From positions 1-64,000 of the forward strand of contig NIVC01000097.1 of assembly GCA_002269645.1 (NCBI GenBank): a DNA stretch of 64,000 nucleotides, given 5' to 3'. Positions 24,941 to 37,030 of the stretch are shown piece by piece. The position numbers and the translations under genes are program-made. Origin of the DNA: Macrostomum lignano. Lineage: Eukaryota. How positions within the stretch are numbered: position 1 is the first letter of the stretch; every line of letters begins with the position of its first letter. The notes below the pieces were generated by a model. The model saw nothing but the letters and a program-made list of their open reading frames with translations, was not told the origin of the DNA and searched no databases.

Positions 24941-25404
24941 CAGGCCGGGATCACGGCTCTTCAGCCAAGCTTTGTAGGAGAGCTTTGACTTAAAGAACGG
25001 ATTTAGGCGACCAAATTTGGCGGTGCTGATTTCTTCAGTGTATTTATTAGCGATTTCTTTGATTTTGTAGCTGAACTTCTTTTAGGATGAGCGATGCAGA
25101 AAATCAGCTCTTCATGATTTGGCGAGTTAAGAGAACCTTTACTTTAATTGATTACTTTGATCGATAATTAGTCTGCAAAACTACTCGTAGTAGGTCTCAA
25201 AGCTTATGCTGCAATCAGTTTAGTGTATTGAACTTTATTTTAAGTGTCCCGAAAATATATATGCCTTTAAGTAGCTTAAATACAATGCATGCATCTAGGC
25301 AGCTATAAACACCAAAAAAACAATTTTTATGTTTTACGAGTACTAAATTTTATGCTCTGATTTCTGTGATGGAATTGAGGAGCTCAAATTCCATTGGATG
25401 CGCT

Positions 25405-25820
25405 GGTGCATGGGGGCATGAGGGGCATGAAGGGCATGAGGGGCATGCGGGGCATGAGGGGCATGAGGGGTATGAGGGGCATGGGGGGCATGAGGGGCAT
25501 GAGGGGCATGAGGGGCATGAGGGGCATGAGGGGCATGAGGGGCATGAGGGGCATGAGGGGCATGAGGGGCATGAGAGGCATGAGGGGCATGAGGGGCATG
25601 AGGGGCATGAGGGGCATGAGGGGCATGAGGGGCATGGGGGCATGAGGGGCATGAGGGGCATGAGGGGCATGAGGGGCATGAGGGGCATGAGGGGCATGAG
25701 GGGCATGAGGGGCATGAGGGGCATGAGGGGCATGAGGGGCATGCGGGGCATGAGGGGCATGAGGGGCATGAGGGGCATGAGGGGCAGGAGGGGCATGAGG
25801 GGCATGAGGGGCATGGGGTA
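25405..25820. repeat. 9-bp minisatellite (GGGGCATGA)n
   Basis: About 45 units; related cores at 29190-29245 and 39810-40045. Confidence 0.95.
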
Positions 25821-26837
25821 ATCAAGGACTACTTAACAGCACAGGACGTTACACTAGCAAATTTTCGCAGAATTCCAGAAGGCAGCTTTGAATGTATGTT
25901 TCTATGGTCTTAGTGGCCTTTTTGCTTGTGAAGCAATGTGTATAATACATTAATAGAAATTGATGAAGTCTAGTGAATAAATCCTTTCATATGCATGCAT
26001 TCCGACATTAGTCATTTGTAATTTCTCCAAAAGATGAACTAGGTGAACATATTAAACAAAGAACGAAGAAATACCAGAAATAAAGGGATTCCTAGATGCG
26101 TTTCTAAATTGTAGAATAGAAGCAACAAAGAATTAGCTAAGATAGCAACATCGAATCGAAACTTATAATCGAGATCGCCAGATGACTAACCACTTGCCTT
26201 TCTAAGTGCCTCCTACCCTATCTCTTCTGTTTCCGCCCTATTCTTCCTGTACTTTCTCTATCTCCTCTCTTTTTTTTGTCTCCCTCTGCACTCTTTTCCT
26301 GCGCTGTCCCCTCTTTCCCTGTGTCTACTTACAGTATTTTGTGTGCTCACCGTCCCCCCATCCCCTCTCAAACTCCCAAACGGTGACGCAAGTCGTGTGA
26401 CCCCCTCTCCCCCTCAGTGACTCATCGATGACTCATCCCCCTCTCTTGCGCAACCTTTTCTCACGCCATTGTTCTCCTCCCCAAATTTCTCATGCGACAC
26501 CCACCCCACCTCCGCTTCTATTGTTCTCGTTTTTGCTTCTTTTGTTCTCTCGACCCCACCAATTATCACATTTTCTCCGATTTTCTCTTTCTTTTGTTCT
26601 CGTTTTCGCACCTAATTATCACCTTTCCTCCAATGTTTACTTTTCCATTGTTCTCAGTTTCCCCCAATTATCCCCGATTTCCAATTCCTTTGTTCTCGAC
26701 CCCAGCCCTATTGTTCTCAATGTTTGCTTGCGCAACACTTTCGCGACCACCCGCTGCGCCAATTATCCCCCACCCCACCTCCGGATTGCGCAATTTCCCT
26801 ATTTCTCATGTTGCTATGCCGGTCTCATGCTTCTCAT

Positions 26838-26990
26838 CATGACTCATTCTGACGTCATTCTGCCGGCAGCCAATCAGAGAGAGGGAGCCATGGTAACGAC
26901 CTTGAGGAGGCGGCTGTGAGGTCTATAAAAGGAAGCGATTTCGGCATGAGAATCCTCAATCCCTCTTCCTCTCCTCGTCCTTCTTTGGAC
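26838..26990 (+). promoter_or_regulatory. Pol II promoter-like module (AP-1, CRE, CCAAT, TATA)
   Basis: TGACTCA 26840, TGACGTCA 26850, CCAAT 26870, TATAAAAG 26924, GAGAATCCTC 26948; downstream donor-like CCG|GTAAGT near 27251. Confidence 0.5.
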
Positions 26991-29900
26991 TTGCAGTCAG
27001 ATTGAGTTCTGACCCATTCGTCTATAAGACGAATCCCTGCCGGTCCGCGGTCTGTTACCGCCAAGTTATCCTTAGCTCCCCAAGTGAGCTCGCCTATCGG
27101 CCAGCGGTCTGATACCGCCCAGCATCATCAGCATCGCCTGATCTACATCAGCGCCTCGTCGCTCCAGCGCATCGCCGCTTCACTGTCTGCCTGACTGCAG
27201 CCCACAGCCACCCTCGGTCACTCCGCCTCTCTCTCTCTCTGTGCAGCTACCGGTAAGTTCCTGTTACTAATTTGTGCTCTAATTGCCTTTGCTTATCCGG
27301 GGTTTGCCTATTTTCCATTGTCTGATTAGAGAGCTGAGCCAATTGTGATACCGTATCTTTTGCTGTATTTTACTCAATAGTGAAGCCGCCTAATTGCCTG
27401 CTTATTCGCCTAAGGGCCTAATTACTAACTATTAACTAACTTCATCATTATTCAATCTTTCACCATCATTTAACTCATGGCTTGCTAAGCTTTTCTCCCG
27501 GGGTGGCAAAGCATAAGGAAGTTTGGGTAAGCTAATGGCCTCTCCCCGTGCAAAGCCCGCCTGTGTGAGTGCGTGCGGCGGGTTCGTGAGTGCGTGCAGT
27601 GGAGGGTAATTAGCGAGTCTTGGCACAGAATGGCAGTAGGAAGGTTGCAACCCCATGCTAACGCGTCCCTTCGCCCTGAGCAATCTAAACTAGAGACAGT
27701 ACATGTTCGCCTCATACTACTCTTAGTAATCAAAGTCGCAAGTCAGCCTCGCTCACAGCCACAAAGGATCCCCTGCTGAGAAATCCTCCAGGATTGAGCC
27801 CAGAGTTCCCGATCATGCCCCAAGCAGAGTCCCTGTACTCGGCTGCATGCGTCTCCCCTGTTAGCCTAAATCCCCTGGTAACCAATCCAGGCGGGGCTCT
27901 AGCCTCGAGAGGTCTGGTAGAAAGATCCAGGTGCGCCAGGTCACATAGAGTGGTGGCAGCCACTCGGTCATACCATGACCGAGTGACCAACTATTGCACC
28001 TTGGCTACAGGTGGGGTCCATGTGGGTCCTTGGCCCTCTGGTCACGAAGCGCTACCAAAAGCTACTAATCATGTGGGCGGGACAGTCTGGTGCTGGAGGT
28101 CCGTCAGGTCATTGCCCGGTCATAGGCAGCCTACGGTCATTGCCCCCTCTCGCCAAGCGTTCGTCTCTCAATAGGAGCGGACAGGCGACAAGGGCGGTTA
28201 CATCACAATGAACTCAAAATGCATCTCAAAATGAAAGCGTCGAAAAAACCTCAATTAGTAAATTTTTAGATTTAGATTAGATTTACTTTCAAGTAAATTG
28301 GTCAAGTAAAGTAAAAGACACTTACGAGTAGTAAAGTGGTTGTCACACACAATACGCTCGTACGCTCGTATTCACAACTTTGCAACCAAATGTGTGTACA
28401 GTTTGGACAAGACGAATTATTTGGTAGAAAAAAGTTCTGGTTGAAGACTGTAAATAGATACGAGCCGGGCTATAAATTTGGATGCTCCCATAAAAGGTTT
28501 ATCCATAATCGCCAAAAATGTACGTGCTAGCTTATCTGGAGTATCCTCTGCTTATCCAATGACGTGACTTCCACGAAGACGCAGAGAAGTTTGTACATCG
28601 AATGTAATTATTTTGAACAGATGCGCTGTGAGGGGGTGTAGCACTTAAGGGTCTCGACGATGCTTTAACAGTAGGAATCTGTCCCAACTGTGCCGAGACC
28701 ACCCACCCATGTGCCGTTTTGAGAGTCGAGGCCCCGCTTGCTTCATTCTAGCATCCTCCGGCCAATGCTTGCGGCATACGCGCCCATGTACGCACTAAAA
28801 TATTACCTTACCTTTGCTGCGATACGCAAAAAGCCTTCATTCAGGAGTCAGCCTCATTCTCTTCTTTCAGAAAAGTAATACACGATGCACATTGTAGTGC
28901 TGATGCAGCCTGAAGTCTGCAACACTTCGTCGGAATCTTGTATAACTCAATTGAATTGGAAGCAAGAAATAAAATCTTCCGAGAACGCAGAGAAGTTAGC
29001 TGTTTGCTCTTGTCTACTTTGGTACTCTAAGCTAGACTTGTTGGCTATCATGCTGCGCTAGTATTTATGCGAAATGACATTGAAAAGCAAAAAGGCCACC
29101 AAAACCACTAAATACATTATTAAAAGCGGCCTTTTAGAATTCTGCCAATATTTGCAAGTGTAACGTCCTGTATTGTTAAGTAGTCCATTGGGGTGATGAG
29201 GGGCATGAGGTGTATGAGAGGCATAAGTAAATGAGGGGCATGAGGAGCCCCTCGAGCTGTAACTTGTTGTATGCACTGTCTATACAGTCTGTTGTATTTG
29301 ATTTTCACAATTTCAAAGAATAAATGGTATATATTTCCCGTTTATACCAGTGCTAGGGCAATAAATGCTTGAGTGACTTGTTTATTGACCGAGGCGAAGC
29401 TGTTTATTGACCGTTTATTTGCATCGAAAGAGCAGTTGCACAGTAAAATAAACCGTTTATTTGCACCGATGCAAATAAATGAAATTTACACTGAGACCAC
29501 AGACGTTCGCCCGGGCAGTGCCAGTGGGGAAAACATGGTCAGTTGTCAGTTTATGTTCAGTGGATCAGTTTATCCGTTTATGTAATTAGGTTAGGTTGGA
29601 ATACTATATGTTTCAATCAAAAGTAACTCTTCAGAAATGAATGAGCTAGGAGGTGAGGAGGCGGGGAGAAGAGGAGAAGAAGAGAATGCTAAGAGACGAG
29701 CTACTTGAATTGCTTGGTTTCAACATTGGTTTACATAGCATTTAGAATGGGGAATAATTTAGATGGTACTGGTACGTGACTACTTTTCATTGGCTGAGAC
29801 TGGGTCGAGTCCTAAGCTTTTTCTTGTTGGAACGCATTGATTGGTTCCATTCAAATTGAAACTTTCAGAGCTAAATTGTATCACATCAGTTAAGTTTAGG

Positions 29901-30419
29901 TTTAAGAACGGCTCGATTTTACTAGCGCCTTTCTCTTCTCTGGGCCTCTTCCCGCAAAGCGCGCTCCGTAGCCTATGTTTCCGATCAGGGCTTTGTGTAG
30001 GGTGTGTGCATGAGAGAATCGTAGCATTATCCTGGCGTTAGGTTGTACTGAAGGTAAAAGCGAATGTGGAGCTCCCTCCCGAAGAACAACTTCACAATCA
30101 GCACCCACTGTCCGAACTTTGGTTTTGGTTGTTTGGATAGTTCGTTCCGCCTTACCATTCGCCTGTGATCTTCTAGCGCCGTAGTCCCTGCCGAGATATC
30201 AGACACCGGGACAATCTCGACGAAGCTGTGGAAACGATCAATCAGTTTCAATGTGTGGAATCAAAATGAATCTGTGGAATCAATCAACCAGAAGATGCCA
30301 CATACGAAAAGACTAGGGAAAAGGTCTACAATGGTCAAGTGTCCAATGTACCACCTGATCAAGGTACCCTTCCAAGGTAGACTGCAGGGGGTCTCTAATC
30401 TTCATTGTACCTTTCTACC

Positions 30420-30780
30420 TCTTACGTAAGTTTCAAGATCAAGATAAAGAAACGTGCCTTCAATGCCGCCGTGGTTTTATTCGCTCCTGAATGGTTGCAC
30501 GCTTGATGACCAGTTCATTTAAATTTGCAGAGGGAGAAATTATCGACTGCTTGACACTCGGTTTACCCTTTCTTGCTGGCTTTATATAGCTCGTTATACA
30601 GAGCCCAGAGCGTTTTAGCTTTCTCGAATTTCATGCTTGCTAAGCTTTGGTTCGGAGCCAGCTACCGACTGCTTGATTCTCAGCAGGTCTACGTTTGACT
30701 CTTGAGCCAGCGTCACCCAATCCACACAACGCCGGGCCTGATCTACGAGTTACGTCAAAGGCTGCCTTGAAAGGCTGCTT
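30420..30780 (-). promoter_or_regulatory. Minus-strand TATA + AATAAA + GTAAG cassette (LTR-like)
   Basis: TATATAAA (rc 30581-30588), AATAAA (rc 30476-30481), GTAAG (rc 30421-30425). Confidence 0.3.
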
Positions 30781-31330
30781 CAGGCTGCGCTCGCAATAAA
30801 TAATATCTTTATTAAAGTTTCAATATGAAATTTGCTTCGAATTATTCCGTCACAGTGGGTTAGGCCAATGTTTTCCATTCAATCAGGTTTATTCTCAAGC
30901 ATAGTGAAGTTGATTTGCAGTCGCATCAGGCGCATTAGATCAATGCTTTGTTAGTAGCAGATATGTACGATTGCTTATGCGTGCAGACGCATGGATTGAA
31001 TTTAAATAAAGAGCATTAAAAATTGGCGCATGCTGTAAAGAAAAAGTTTTATCCAGGTGTGATGAGACGCATTAGAGGCATTTTTCTTACGACAATAATC
31101 GTCCGGAATAGAAAATCAGGTAAATAAAAACTGTTGCTGGTAATCAGCCAGCACTGAAGGCTAATTAATGAATTATAGTACCGATAGTAAATTACATTTA
31201 CATATGAATAGCTGCCCCAAATTTAATTATGACTACTATAAATAGACTAGTTGTTCCTTCACACAGTAATCTACCGATTTATCCAGCTTGATTCGAGGGC
31301 CGCGATACCGATCAGCTGACTGTCTGCCTG

Positions 31331-31472
31331 TCAGTTGGGGTTGTCGACCACCAGCATGGCCTCGCCGTCCTTGTCGATGCACTGGCAGTTTTCTCTCTCT
31401 CGCCGTCGATGTTTCTGCAGCGAAACGGCGCCGCGCCAATCGGCTTGCAGCTGAAGTCGGCAGCAACGCATT
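31331..31472 (-). CDS. VWA-family gene B exon 7 (1-nt deletion relative to gene A)
   Basis: Near-identical to 24798-24940; 142 vs 143 nt, with the deletion in the GA run at ~31390-31400. Confidence 0.65.
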
Positions 31473-31529
31473 CTGGAATGGGCGAGTGGTGGACTGCCTA
31501 GCAACTGGATTGTTGCGGAGCTGGCCGGG

Positions 31530-31915
31530 TGCAGTGACTGAGGGAGGGCTGGCAGACATGCAGTGACTGAGAGAGGCCTGACAGACATGCAGTGACTGAG
31601 GGAGGGCTGGCAGACATGCAGTGACTGAGGGAGGGCTGGCAGACATGCAGTGACTGAGGGAGGGCTGGCAGACATGCAATGACTGAAGGAGGGCTGGCAG
31701 ACATGTAGTGACTGAGGGAGGGCTGGCAGACATGCAGTGACTGAGGGAGGGCTGGCAGACATGCAGTGACTGAGAGAGGGCTGGCAGACATGCAGTGACT
31801 GAGGGAGGGCTGGCAGACATGCAGTGACTGAGGGAGGGCTGGCAGACATGCAGTGACTGAGGGAGGGCTGGCAGACATGCAATGACTGAAGGAGGGCTGG
31901 CAGACATGTAGTGAC
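31530..31915 (-). repeat. 29-bp minisatellite, gene B intron 6
   Basis: About 13 units, reverse complement of the 24463-24740 unit. Confidence 0.95.
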
Positions 31916-31940
31916 TAATGTGCTTAGCTCTAACACTTAC

Positions 31941-32063
31941 TTTTAGCAGTGGTTGGCAGGATTGTATTGCCGCTCCGATCGCAGCGGAACTCGTGGCACA
32001 TGTTGGTCCAAAACTCGCCTTCCAGGTGGTCGCTGCCGTCAATCGGGTCGACGCAAGTGGCCT
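31941..32063 (-). CDS. Gene B exon 6
   Basis: ATCVDPIDGSDHLEGEFWTNMCHEFRCDRSGNTILPTTAK; CTTACAG| acceptor, |GTAAGT donor. Confidence 0.75.
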
Positions 32064-32416
32064 CTGTAAGTGAAATTTTTACAGTCTTCTAATAATACGT
32101 TTTCTAATAATATATTTAGCTACACGGCTTTTATACGCGTATAGAACTTATGCTTTTAAGAATGTAATCAGAAGTAAGCATGCCTTCTTCCGGTAAAGTA
32201 TCTAAAAGAAAAAGTAACCTTCAAAGATCTCATTAAAGTTGTGGAGCTATATTTTCTGTCTAATAGGGTCTGTTTTTTTCTGTTTGTTATTCTTTCAAAA
32301 GAATCAATTAAATAAATTTCACACAGAAAGTAAAAATAATAGAGAAAGTACCAGCAAATAGCAAAATTCGTAAAATCTTTTAAAATAAAATACCACGTTG
32401 TGTGAAGAAACCTTAC

Positions 32417-32691
32417 TGCATTTTTTCAATATTCTGTTTTTGAAGTGCTTGATGCACTTTCGCGTCTCGTCGTATTTGAAACTGATGAAAGTGACTTGCA
32501 TTTTGGATTTGAAACACGACGAGACGGACTTGAACTGAACATCAGCACTGCACAGCTCTGGGCTTAGTGGCTTTAACTCCATGCAGAGCTGAAGCGAGAA
32601 TTTTTTCGCCCAATCCTTCAGCTGATCAAATTTTTCCAAGAGGAAAAGATTCTTATCAGATTCCGGAGCCGTCATCATCTTCAGCTCCTCC
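32417..32691 (-). CDS. Gene B exon 5
   Basis: EELKMMTAPESDKNLF...LCMELKPLSPELC...KKC; CCAACAG| and |GTAAGG; phase 2/1. Confidence 0.8.
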
Positions 32692-32833
32692 CTGTTGGAA
32701 AAGTAAAACATCAGGCGAAGCAAATGTGATAAGTTACTCAAGTATTTTACAACACGGCTATGTCGGTAGTCATTAATTACTTGTATGTAAAATTATCCAC
32801 CAAGTTTTTCAAAGCCAATTTTCTTCAACTCAC

Positions 32834-33341
32834 AGATTTAGTATGGCCCCTTCGCTTAGAGGCTTGACTCCGATGGCATAGATAGTAACTCCGCGACTCT
32901 TCAAAACCGATACGGCATTAAACAAAACCTTCGGATCATCGCTTGAGCCATCCGTGATGACAATTATGGCTTTGTTAACGTTTCGTCGGCCTTTTGATTC
33001 AAGAATTGCACCGACTTTTACTAGCGCGTCACCAGTGTACGTGTGACCGAAGTCAGTGGTGTTCGCCATCTCGTCTACGATTTTTAGAATTGCCTGCTTA
33101 TTAAACTCTTCGCCAATCGCTACCTTGACTTTGAGCGACTCAGAATAGAACACGCCCGGTGCAAATTGCAAGCCGTTGAAATATGTAACACCTAAATGAA
33201 CATTTTTAGGCCCGATATTCATCGATTTGATCAGCTCTCTTGCCGAATTCGTAATTGTGCGGTACTTCGACCTCACTGTTGAAGACTGGTCCAGCATTAT
33301 CATTACATCACCGACTTGGTTTTCGCACTCTATCGCTCGGG
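32834..33341 (-). CDS. Gene B exon 4: VWA domain 2
   Basis: DVMIMLDQSST, TYTGDAL, KAIIVITDG, GVTIYAIGV; TATTTTAG| and |GTGAGT. Confidence 0.85.
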
Positions 33342-33361
33342 CTAAAATAGATATGTCTGCA

Positions 33362-33370
33362 GACTGACTG

Positions 33371-33429
<59 letters not shown>

Positions 33430-33618
33430 GACTGACTGACTGACTGACTGACTGACTGACTGACTGACTGACTGACTGACTTGAGTGAGTGAGTGGCTGA
33501 CTGACTGACTGACTGACTGACTGACTGACTGACTGACTGACTGACTGACTGACTGACTGACTGACTGACTGACTGACTGACTGACTGACTGACTGACTGA
33601 CTGACTGACTGACTGACT

Positions 33619-33669
<51 letters not shown>

Positions 33670-33845
33670 TGACTGACTGACTGACTGACTGACTTGAGTG
33701 ACTGACTGACTGACTGACTGACTGACTTGAGTGACTGACTGACTGACTGACTGACTGACTGACTGACTGACTGACTGACTGACTGACTGACTTGAGTGAC
33801 TGACTGACTGACTGACTGACTGACTGACTGACTGACTGACTGACT

Positions 33846-33896
<51 letters not shown>

Positions 33897-34374
33897 TGAC
33901 TGACTTGAGTGAGTGAGTGGCTGACTGACTGACTGACTGACTGACTGACTGACTGACTGACTGACTGACTGACTGACTGACTGACTGACTGACTGACTGA
34001 CTTGAGTGAGTGAGTGGCTGACTGACTGACTGACTGACTGACTGACTGACTGACTGACTGACTGACTGACTGACTGACTGACTGACTGACTGACTGACTG
34101 ACTGACTGACTGACTGACTGACTGACTGACTGACTGACTGACTGACTGACTGACTGACTGACTGACTGACTGACTGACTGACTGACTGACTGACTGACTG
34201 ACTGACTGACTTGAGTGACTGACTGACTGACTGACTGACTGACTTGAGTGACTGACTGACTGACTGACTGACTGACTGACTGACTGACTGACTGACTGAC
34301 TGACTGACTTGAGTGACTGACTGACTGACTGACTGACTGACTGACTGACTGACTGACTGACTGACTGACTGACT

Positions 34375-34425
<51 letters not shown>

Positions 34426-34825
34426 TGACTGACTTGAGTGAGTGAGTGGCTGACTGACTGACTGACTGACTGACTGACTGACTGACTGACTGACTGACTG
34501 ACTGACTGACTGACTTGAGTGAGTGAGTGGCTGACTGACTGACTGACTGACTGACTGACTGACTGACTGACTGACTGACTGACTGACTGACTGACTGACT
34601 GACTGACTGACTGACTGACTGACTGACTGACTGACTGACTGACTGACTGACTGACTGACTGACTGACTGACTGACTAACTGACTGACTGACTGACTGACT
34701 GACTGACTGACTGACTGACTGACTGACTGACTGACTGACTGACTGACTGACTGACTGACTGACTGACTGACTGACTGACTGACTGACTGACTGACTGACT
34801 GACTGACTGACTGACTGACTGACTG

Positions 34826-34876
<51 letters not shown>

Positions 34877-35562
34877 GACTGACTGACTGACTGACTGACT
34901 GACTGACTGACTGACTGACTGACTGACTTGAGTGAGTGAGTGACTGACTGACTGACTGACTGACTGACTGACTGACTGACTGACTGACTGACTGACTGAC
35001 TGACTGACTGACTGACTGACTGACTGACTGACTGACTGACTGACTGACTGACTGACTGACTGACTGACTGACTGACTGACTGACTGACTGACTGACTGAC
35101 TGACTGACTGACTGACTGACTGACTGACTGACTGACTGACTGACTGACTGACTGACTGACTGACTGACTGACTGACTGACTGACTGACTGACTGACTGAC
35201 TGACTGACTGACTGACTGACTGACTGACTGACTGACTGACTGACTGACTGACTGACTGACTGACTGACTGACTGACTGACTGACTGACTGACTGACTGAC
35301 TGACTGACTGACTGACTGACTGACTGACTGACTGACTGACTGTGACTGACTGACTGACTGACTGACTGACTGACTGACTGACTGACTGACTGACTGACTG
35401 ACTGACTGACTGACTGACTGACTGACTGACTGACTGACTGACTGACTGACTGACTGACTGACTGACTGACTGACTGACTGACTGACTGACTGACTGACTG
35501 ACTGACTGACTGACTGACTGACTGACTGACTGACTGACTGACTGACTGACTGACTAACTGAC
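33362..35562 (-). repeat. (TCAG)n/(TAAG)n microsatellite ~2.2 kb, gene B intron 3
   Basis: Plus strand (CTGA)n with (CTTA)n runs and CTTGAGTGAGTGAGTGG interruptions. Confidence 0.98.
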
Positions 35563-35588
35563 ATAAATAAGATGAACAAGAAACTTAC

Positions 35589-35735
35589 AGCAGTCGACTT
35601 TATGCTTTTCTGTATGTGTCACGCACGATTGTTTTTTTCTGTCGAAGAACTGCAGCGTCTCTGAGATGAGCAAATTGCCGTCAGCTTTGCATGCGCCAAG
35701 ACTTCGCTCCATCTTGCTGCAGGACTTCTTCTCTT
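35589..35735 (-). CDS. Gene B exon 3 (complete)
   Basis: EKKSCSKMERSLGACKADGNLLISETLQFFDRKKQSCVTHTEKHKVDC; CTTGCAG| acceptor, |GTAAGT donor; phase 1/1. Confidence 0.75.
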
Positions 35736-36389
35736 CTGCAAGTATTTTGTGAAGCTTTTAAAATTTTTAAAACTCTCTATTCGGCAAAGAAGACGAAGAA
35801 GAAGAAGCATGGAGGCAAAGAAAGCTGGTGAGATACCAGAGTGGCAGTTGGTTCACTCTGGAATGGATGCTGTGAATGAATCCGAGTTTCCAGGAACATC
35901 AGGGGTTTGCCCAGATTGGACGCCTCCAGCTTCAGCTGATGGAAACGAAGAAGACTTTCTGAATTCGGAATTACTGATGGAATCATTGTCAGCGGGAAGA
36001 CCTGGACGAATCGTAGAGCATTGAGGATATTTGAGGAGTGCGCCGACAAGGAGCAGTTGCCGAATGTGGTGAAGAACTGGAGTGTTTGCACAGATGATGA
36101 GGTGAGGATGCCGTTCGGGATTGTTCTTTGGATGAGCCTGGACAAAAAACAGATCAGCAGCTGTCTTTAATCCCGATGAATAATATACATTATATTACAT
36201 ATTATATTCTTATAATATATAATATATAATATATTATAATATTCCAAGATTATTTTGAATGTTTTTAATTTGTAGGTCCATTAATAACAACAAATTAAAT
36301 TAGTTTTTTCAACTTAATGGTCAAAGCACACAAATGGACACTTATGCCATAGTTGAATTTTTCCAAATACAAATGCAGTAGAAACTCAC

Positions 36390-36643
36390 TGCAGGACTGA
36401 AATGACCTCGCGATCTGCTGTCTGCAGACTCCCACGCCTGACGCGGTGAAAGCGCCAGCAACATTCACCGTCAGTACGTGCTGCGATTTTTTAAAGCAAG
36501 TTTCAGGCTTCACCGTCCGCCCCGAGTTTTTGCAGGTTGATGGCGGGCATAATTTTTTGTTTAGAGACTTGACGGACTCCATAGCCTTGTTCGTGTTCTT
36601 GAAGAGCAGGTAGTTTGTTCCGAAAATGGCCTTCAGCTCCTTG
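36390..36643 (-). CDS. Gene B exon 2
   Basis: KELKAIFGTNYLLFKNTNKAMESVKSLNKKLC...QSC; 254 nt like gene A exon 2; ATTTTAG| and |GTGAGT. Confidence 0.8.
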
Positions 36644-37030
36644 CTAAAATTATTAGAAATTAGAGATAGCAATCTTAGATAGCTGCATACTTTTATCAAC
36701 GGAAATAGCAATCAGCGAAACGAATACTTTGCCTCCTGAAAATTAAACTTGATCAGCCAGCAATCACTGTATAAGTTGCTTTTTTAACACAAGCTTCGGT
36801 AAATTCAGCTCTTGATTGTGCTATTCCGGTCCACACCGGACATTTATTATGATTGGAATCTCGAAAGAAGTCAGAAAGAACTCTTTCTTTTGAGCACACA
36901 GAGAATTTTCGCTGTATATCATTGGGATTTTTTAATTACTAAGGTACTTGCCAATTTAATCCTCATAAAATATTTAGCTATTCTCTTCTCAAATGCAGTT
37001 TTGAAGCTGGTGCAAATTTATTTGTCTCAC

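Noticed and set aside
24309-24993. Overlapping long ORFs across the 29-bp minisatellite (and 31236-32042)
   Set aside because: They are read-through of an intronic repeat; phase-consistent splice sites define exons 6 and 7 instead.
25343-25825. Cys/His/Met-rich (metallothionein-like) ORFs
   Set aside because: They are artefacts of the 9-bp GGGGCATGA repeat.
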